DNA of 55,816 nucleotides, the filler included, from Sphacelaria rigidula (Eukaryota): the NCBI GenBank assembly GCA_964200075.2. It is 6 parts of 6 records of this genome, joined end to end, with 100 filler letters (N's around TTAATTAATTAA, not from the genome) between each part and the next. Parts side by side here need not be neighbours in the genome. Positions count along the whole stretch, not along the records: positions 46,598 to 55,816 come from CAXNAA020009016.1; 5 more parts are not named here. One strand, given 5' to 3'. A program made the translations under genes and the position numbers. Of the stretch, positions 48,480 through 55,816 are shown piece after piece. The notes under the pieces are model-generated. The model was not told the DNA's origin and ran no database searches. It was given only the letters and a program-made list of their open reading frames with translations. Numbering within the stretch: the first letter of the stretch is position 1; each line of letters begins with the position of its first letter.

Positions 48480-48765
48480 GGCCGGCTCTGCTTGTTGACC
48501 GTCTGCATCGCCGCGGCCTATGTTTTACTAAGAGGCAACGGCCGCCCACTCCGATGTTTGTTTGAAAGGTCGAGCTCCACGGTGTCATTCATCTGAGGTT
48601 CCCAGTTTTTTCAGAGTTTTGCAGGGTACTCGGGACCAACATCGTAGCGCTCGGCCAGCGGGCCTAGAATGCCCTTTGGCACCCTTGACTTGCCTGGCGG
48701 AATGGCCAACGCTATCCCCAACGTCATGGCGAAACGAAGGCCCAATGATACTTCGGCGCCCCGTG
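48480..48765 (-). pseudogene. Possible Tc1/mariner-type transposase N-terminal remnant
   Basis: ...LAERYDVGPEYPAKL*KNW...DLSNKHRSGRP resembles an HTH followed by the SGRP linker; in-frame stops; no catalytic domain seen. Confidence 0.35.
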
Positions 48766-49678
48766 TAGGACGTGATGGGGGGGGGGGGGGGGGGGGGGCA
48801 CGGGAAAGCCCATAGTGGCTATGGTAAGTAGTGGGCGATTCAAGATCTATATTAAAAAAAAGAACGGAGAGATGCAAACAGATCTCAAAACGATTGTCAA
48901 AATTATTCCCAAACTTGTGGGAAATTTCGGCATAAACACCCTCCGACAAGCACACAGAAGCCACGTTTTCCACATCTATTCAGACCCAGGGTTGCATGAC
49001 AGAAGATCCCGAGGGCCAACACGGATACCGTAAGGAGCATGAGCATCTAACGTGCACGGCACCACATGAACTATCATGCACTATTATGGCAACTCTCGAC
49101 GCGAATAAAGGAGACGGAACACAAGTCCATCCATTGTAATTATTAGGTTCATCATTATTCCCGCACGTTAGCCCCAATCTCTCCAATCCGTGGTCATAGA
49201 CGTGGGCTCGCCTTACAAGCACCACCACTACTATTCCTGAAAAGCGATGGAATCGCTTATTGTGCGGCTTCTCCTGAGACTCCAGAGAACAAAAGAGCGA
49301 AAAAACAAAAAACGTTCTCGAAGTCGGCTGGGGTGTGGTGAAAAAACGAACAAATCGAACATTTTAGATCTGCCAATATCCAAACCAAGAACTAATACAA
49401 CAGAGACAAAATCCAACGTCGTGTTCTGTAGGATATGAGATTCCCTGCAGAACTTACAGAAGTTACGGGTACCGGTATTAAAGTCTTACAGAAGTCGAAG
49501 AATTTCCGGGTACGGACAATATCCAGGAAAATACCCCGGTTATACGAAAACAAATGTACATACGCACCCTACAGAACACAACCACGGAAAAATCTATCGC
49601 TCTGTCCGCGTGCTGAACGCTGCAGACACAACACACGGGTACATCCACGAGCGTGTGCGCAGAGACACATATACACAC

Positions 49679-49826
49679 CTTCAGCGCCCTCTTCCAGTCC
49701 GGCATGAGCATAAGACCCCACGTACACGTAACCACATCCACGGAGGCGTCTTGGAATTCATCCAAAGACTCCCCGTCTGCGATGGCCGCCCGGACGTTTG
49801 AAACGCCGGCCTCCGCTACGCGCTTC
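49679..49826 (-). CDS. Internal exon of a class I SAM-dependent methyltransferase (UbiE/Methyltransf_11-like)
   Basis: ggcag| acceptor and |gtgtgt donor, 148 nt, phase 2/0, AGVSNVRAAIADGESLDEFQDASVDVVTCTWGLMLMPDWKRALK. Confidence 0.85.
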
Positions 49827-50489
49827 CTGCCTCGACAGAGGGGGGGGGAAACATAGGGACGCGGACAAACGGTTACGGAAACTTGTGTGGGCAGTGCAGT
49901 AGCAGTGCGACCTCCGAAAAGCTTGAGTCGCGACCTGCCGCTACTACTACTACGTTTTGCCCTTTTTTTTTGTGTAACGTCCGTGTCCGAAGCCCCCTGA
50001 CGAGGAGCCGTGTCGGCGTTGCTCCGTCCGCCGGTAGTAGTCCTAAGCCCGGTGTCTACTTTGTCAGCTCCGCCTATCTAATTTTTCGTCGTTGTTTGCT
50101 CATTTTTTTGGTTTGCCCGATTCCTCGAGCTTCCGTGAGGGAGTGGTTCCACATACTTTCCAGAGGTACGTGCATCTTGTATCTGATAAGCAAACCTTGG
50201 TCGGTCGGGGACGAGCCAGTGAGGGGGAGTCCATGAAGCAATAAATCAATCGGTGAGGGAGGACGCAGGGGACGGGAACGGGGGGGGGGAGGCCAACACA
50301 CTACTTTTGCTTAGTCGCTTGACCGTCGACCAAACATGACGGGTAAGGTGCATCCCAATAAATGTTTGCTTAGTCGATCACCGAGCGCGAAGCGCCGTGA
50401 TGTGCCCGGCGAGTCGAATGAAGGGTGAGCGGCATCCTGCTAAGGTTATTCGGCCCATTAGGGGCAGGGATGGTGATCTGGTGCCCTTT

Positions 50490-50935
50490 GCCCCCTCCCC
50501 TGGACCTGCCAGAAAGAAGAAAGAGATATACGTACCAGTAGTCGCGTGGAGGAGAAAGTAGATGCATGGAAACTGGTCCTGTGGCAAAGCAATAGAGAGC
50601 AGAAGTCATATAGTTGCAGAATGTGAGCTATACGAGGAGGAACGGGACGTGCTAGAGGGGGAAATGCGGGACGTGAACAAAGGTGACAGGAAATCGTTTC
50701 ATGCATTAGACAGTAGAGAAAAAACGATGGCTATACTAGAAGATAGATGGCGGCCACAGACGGTGAAACAGAACGGGGATAAGATATGTAAAAGGCTTTT
50801 GTGCAATGCATGTAAGACACATGATGAGCGCCGGAATGTTGAAGGGGTCTCTACTAGGAGTAGTAACGGTGCTGCGTCTCGAAAGGGATGCGTGGTCAAT
50901 GGTTAAACGACTAAGGCGAGCAACAAATAAGTACA
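50490..50935 (+). mobile_element. LINE 3' end (C-tract family) with the ORF2 C-terminal zinc-binding region
   Basis: CGKAIESRSHIVAECELYEEERDVLEGEM...RKGCVVNG*, then the tail ...AAGTACA and TCCCCC; CCCCCTCCCC at the 5' junction. Confidence 0.88.
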
Positions 50936-51139
50936 TCCCCCGCTGAGAGGTCGAATATAAGAATGGCAATAGAAACTATGAATCTTTCGTGCACCCCTGC
51001 TATGAATCCTGCTTTTGTTCCGATTGAACAAACACCCCTCTTCCCCGCTTTATCGAGGATGCCCCATTTCTGCGTGTTATCCTCGCTTGTTTTCATTTTG
51101 GTAATACTTTAGTTGCTTCTGTTTGTTTTCGTAATTAGT

Positions 51140-51260
51140 CTGAAGTCTCAAAAGAAATGACGAGGACTCCATGTCTACCAAGGAATAGCAGGGGCGATAT
51201 TGAAACGACGAGCCTACGTCTGTGACCACGGGTTCGAGGGACCGGACCAATGCGCGGAAA
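51140..51260 (+). mobile_element. Non-LTR 3' UTR/tail leading into the large microsatellite
   Basis: Homologous to 29555-29672. Confidence 0.7.
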
Positions 51261-51590
51261 TAATAATAATAGTAGTGATAGTAATAATAGTAATAATAGT
51301 AATAATAGTAATAGTAGTAATAGTAATATAGTGATAATAGTAATATAGTGATAATAGTAATATAGTAATAATAGTAATATAGTAATAATAGTAATATAGT
51401 AATATAGTAATAATAGTAATAATAGTAATAATAGTAATAATAGTAATAATAGTAATAATAGTAATAATAGTAATAATAGTAATAGTAATATAGTAATAAT
51501 AGTAATATAGTAATAATAGTAATAATAAAAGCAACAACAACAGCAACAACAACAACAACAATAATGATAATAATAATGATAATAATAATG

Positions 51591-51654
<64 letters not shown>

Positions 51655-51778
51655 TAATAATAATAATAATAATACTAAAAATAATAATAATAATAATAAT
51701 AACAATAATAATAATAATAATAATGGTAATAATAATGGTAATAATAATGGTAATAATAGTAATAATAATAATAAAATC

Positions 51779-51812
<34 letters not shown>

Positions 51813-52344
51813 TTAATAATAGTAATAATAGTAATAATAATAGTAATATTAATATTGATAAATAATAATAATATTGATGATAATAATCATAATAATAATA
51901 ACAATAATAATAATAGTAATCATCATAATAATAACAATAACAATAACAATAACGATAATAACAACAACAATAATAACAACAACAATAATAATAACAACAA
52001 TAATAATAACAATAATAATAATAATGATAACAACAACAACGATAACAATAATAACAATAATAACAACAATAATAATAATAACAATAATAATAACAATAAT
52101 AATTATAGTAATAGTAATAATAGTAATAGTAATATTAATGATAATAATAATATTGATGATAATAATAATCATCATCATAAGAACAATAAAAATAATAGTA
52201 ATTATCATAATAATAACAATAACAATAACAATAATAACAACAACAATAATAATAATAGTAATCATCATAATAATAACAATAACAATAACAATAATAACAA
52301 CAATAATAATAACAATAACAATTATAATAATCATAATCATAATC

Positions 52345-52395
<51 letters not shown>

Positions 52396-52684
52396 TTGAT
52401 AATATCGATAATAACAATAATAATAATCATAATAATAGTAATAATAATAGTAATAATAATAGTAATAATAATAGTAATAATAATCATAATAATCATAATA
52501 ATCATAATAATAATAATAATGATAATAATAATAATTATAATCATAATAATCATAATAATCATAATAATCATAATGATAATGATAATGATAATGATGACAA
52601 TGGCAATAAAAATAATGATAATCATAATGATAATCATAATCATAATAACAATAATCATAACATAATCATAATCATAATCATAAC
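51259..52684. repeat. About 1.4-kb compound (AAT)n microsatellite with AGT/AAC/GAT/CAT variants
   Basis: Seen directly; contains higher-order units such as (AATAGTAAT)n and repeated blocks AGTAATCATCATAATAATAACAATAACAATAAC. Confidence 0.97.
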
Positions 52685-52865
52685 TGTATGGCGCAAAAAA
52701 AATACTCTACAGCCAAATCCCCGGGAAAAACACTGCACAGATTCCCTGAGCCCTGTAGACGTGCCCCACAGACAGGGTGCTATCTGTCCACGTGTGCACT
52801 ATTTTGTTGGCGAGAACTTGTGCATCTTCTCTCATGGTAGGGATCAGGGACGGTACTGCGTGGTA

Positions 52866-53018
52866 CGGTGGGCAACCGAGTATCGTGCACGCTCGCTCAT
52901 GAACAGTTTAGGCAGCACACAGCTGCATTTCTGCTTAAAATGAGACGTGAGCAAAATGCAGCTGTGTGCTGCCTAAACTGTTCATGAGCGAGCGTGCACG
53001 ATACTCGGTTGCCCACCG
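52866..53018. other. Perfect 65-bp inverted repeat (hairpin): pre-miRNA or young MITE candidate
   Basis: 52866-52930 is the exact reverse complement of 52954-53018; the spacer is 23 nt. Confidence 0.9.
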
Positions 53019-53719
53019 CGAGAGAACTGATAGTCCTGGCCTGTCTGCGGTACACGTTATCCGCTTCTCTTTTACATCCTCCTATACGAAACACGCACAC
53101 GCGCACTCAAGACACTGCTTGAAAGTAGTGCAGACGACAGTACAGACTGTTCTGTAAACGAGTCACATGTTCAAGTACCGTTTCACGATCTTCTCTGTCT
53201 TTTTTCGATCGAAAGCTTGAGAATTTGCTCGGACACAACCCGAGAAAAATGCACAAATTTCGCTCAAATCGATTCTGCCGCCCCATTTTTCGCTCGAGAA
53301 AAAAGTGCTCGACACGCCCTGACGAGAGCTGCGGACTGAAAAGGGCACCCCTACAGACGATGGCTTAGCTCGGAACTCCCAGACCTGAAAAACGCGCTTC
53401 GAGCACGCTGGGAGCACTCGGGACCGTCAGCCCACCTAAAGATCCGAATCAAGCCATATGAAGCATGTATCATGGCTCTTGGAGGGACGAACTCGAGGTG
53501 AACTGTACTGGCCACGTTCCAGAGAGAACCGTCACGAAGATTTGAATTTCGTACAGAAAATTGAAGTCGGACATTTTTTTTTATCATATTTGCTGTTGCG
53601 CTAGCACTGTCAGCTGGGCTTGCTTTTCCGTCGCCCTCTGCCCGCACACATCCCAGACCACCACCTGCCATCCCAAGGCAAAATACGGAATTACCTGAAT
53701 TTATTGGGTAGCCAAGAAG

Positions 53720-53952
53720 ATGGAGGATCTGACACCACACTTGACAATTGTTTTCCTTGCGCTGGCGCTGAGCCGCACGGTACTGGTATTGGACGGTGTG
53801 CTGGCATTTCACGGCTACGGGAGCGTAGTCTCTCGCATGTCATTCTGCTGCAGAGATATATCGTCTCCTGTCGGAGAAGGTCTCGAGGAACTCGGCGGCG
53901 CTGCCGCACAAGCATCCCATTCGAGCGGCAGTGAGAGCCCCAGGAACTTCAG
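53720..53952 (+). CDS. Possible first exon of a signal-peptide-bearing protein
   Basis: ATG, hydrophobic IVFLALAL...VLA-F segment and a strong CAG|GTGAGT donor; no recognisable domain. Confidence 0.4.
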
Positions 53953-55320
53953 GTGAGTATCTATCATGCAGCCCGTGTAATCCCTATAGATCATAGTTGG
54001 GATCGGTAAGTAGTGCTTGCTATATGTCTGCAAGCTTCAGCTTTGATCAGAGCGGCTAATTTGCCCAAACCAAGGCATCTATGGAGCCAACAAGTTATTT
54101 ATTCGATCCACTTTGTAGCGACCACGGACTACTAAAGTTCTATTTCAACCGAATTAACTATTTGACCGCTGGCTCTTTTGAAGAAATTATAAAGCCGGAG
54201 TTACTTTTTTTCCTATCGCCTTTGCGACCCACCCCCACCGCGTGTTGTCTAGATTTTGCACACTACAATTGGATAGGTAGAGTGAAAGGAGTTGGCCCAC
54301 GTGAGACACACCGGTAGGGCTACGGAATGGTAAGAACTACGCTCAGTTCTCGCAAAATAGTGTTATGCAAGCAAATAAGTGAGCGAGGCTTGGCGTGGTT
54401 ACTGACCACGTGACTGGGTACACGCGCATTCGTGGAAACCAAAATCGGTGCCATCCACAGTCAACACTCGTACAGTCGGGGTTTGTTTCTGCCATCCACC
54501 TTTGCAGCCCGTGTCATTTCCAAGAAGAAATTCCAACCAACCGAAAACGATCACTAGATTTCCACACCTAGCAAGGTAGGCACCACGCTTCGATGACCCT
54601 TAAAACCAGGGATCCAGAGTTGCATCTGCTTCACCGGAGATATGTTGGCGAGGCTATCCAGTACTACGGTAGCTGCACTGTACCATCACTTCTATACCTG
54701 TCATAGTGCGCCGCACATGAAGGTTTGCCGTTTCAGGTGTCAAGACTAAAAACTGCCAGGAACAGGCAGAGGTGCAGAAAGGACACTCTCTGCATGCTGC
54801 CGCGTGGCTCCTGTGAGAAATTCAACTACTCACGCACGCCTCCGCCGCAGGATTCCGCCCGGCATCGACACCTCATTGCGCGGTAGAAATGTTTTGGTCT
54901 GCAGGTGGCTGTTGCGGCCGAGATCAACTGAGACGGCACTGACAAAGGTTCTGCTCTCCTACTTTTCCCAGGCCCGTCATTGGGTAGTCAGTTACTCCAC
55001 AACCTGCCACGAGCGTGTGAGACGCGAAGCTGCGACTTTCGACCATGCAGCGGTGTGCGTGAGCTCGTCTCGTCAGAGAGCGAACAGCTTACGCATAATT
55101 CAGCGAGCTCACTGGTTCAATAGGCAAAATGTCCGCCTCATGAATTGGAGGTGTGCGGTTCGGACACCAGCATGATCGTTTGGGACAAGGAGTTCGAACC
55201 GTCAACAGAGGAGCTCGCGAGGTTTTCAGTTCTCGTGCGACCACCATTATATCATCATGCTGGGATGGACCAAAGAGAATATTTTTTCACGGATGTTGCC
55301 CATTGCACCAGATAGGCCGT

Positions 55321-55816
55321 GTCTTATCAAATTGTTTTGGTGTCGAAAACGTGCGGTCGAATCGACTTCGCTCGTTTCTGATTCGTCCACGCTACTAATT
55401 TTCTGAGATGGGTGAGAACATGAATGTCGTGGACGTAGCAGGTACGAGCAAATTTGATTCCACCGTACGTTCTCGAGTCAAGAACAATTTGATGAGACAG
55501 CTTACTCATTTGAAACTTTGAATTCTCATGGATGGGCTCTTTTTTGCACCGTGTTCGCGTGATTTTTTTCTGGTTCCGATAGTTTACTCCGAGTGTTCAT
55601 ATTCTTCTACCCTGTTTTCACCACTGAAGGCGTTCGTATCAGATGCCCAGTTCGGGGCATTGCGCAGATATCGCAAGGGGTTTCAGCCCGTGCCTCATCA
55701 AATTGTTTTCGACTCGAAAACGTACGGTGGAATCGAATTTGCTCGTACCTGATACGTCCACGGCATTTATGTTCTCACCCATCTCAGAAAATTAACAGCG
55801 TGGACGAATCAGAAAC
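55321..55816. mobile_element. Foldback element with about 125-bp inverted arms, cut by the window end
   Basis: 55374-55497 pairs with 55693-55816; 55321-55391 is a further diverged copy of the arm subunit. Shares the GACGAATCA word with 3596-4097. Confidence 0.75.

Noticed and set aside
51214-52943. Long ORFs of 188-459 aa (poly-I/N/L)
   Set aside because: They are translations of the AAT microsatellite.

Overview
Eukaryotic, intron-rich and repeat-dense DNA, probably from a stramenopile such as a brown alga (inferred from exon/intron style and repeat content, not proven). The window is not one locus. It is six unrelated contigs of 9220, 9220, 9219, 9219, 9219 and 9219 bp, joined by artificial 100-bp spacers (N44-TTAATTAATTAA-N44), so nothing can be inferred across the spacers. 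Most entries in the ORF track are spurious. Real host coding sequence appears only as short spliced exons: four in-phase exons of a DNA-PKcs (PRKDC)-like FAT domain (41710-45445, including a GC-AG intron and an in-frame (GKL)5 repeat), one TRAPPC2L exon, one SAM-methyltransferase exon, three exons of an acidic protein and two His-rich exons. The rest is mostly mobile DNA: decayed APE-RT LINEs, many 5'-truncated LINE tails, a tRNA-derived SINE, several hairpin/foldback MITE families (Harbinger-like, piggyBac-like and unclassified), a Helitron-like element, satellites and microsatellites. The most interesting signals are: (i) a LINE family whose copies sit in oligo-C tracts with target-site duplications that begin with the C-run, suggesting poly-C/poly-G-directed integration; (ii) a GACYAHGG motif shared by the 3' ends of several otherwise different LINE/SINE tails; (iii) a hairpin with a perfect 65-bp stem (miRNA or young MITE candidate).
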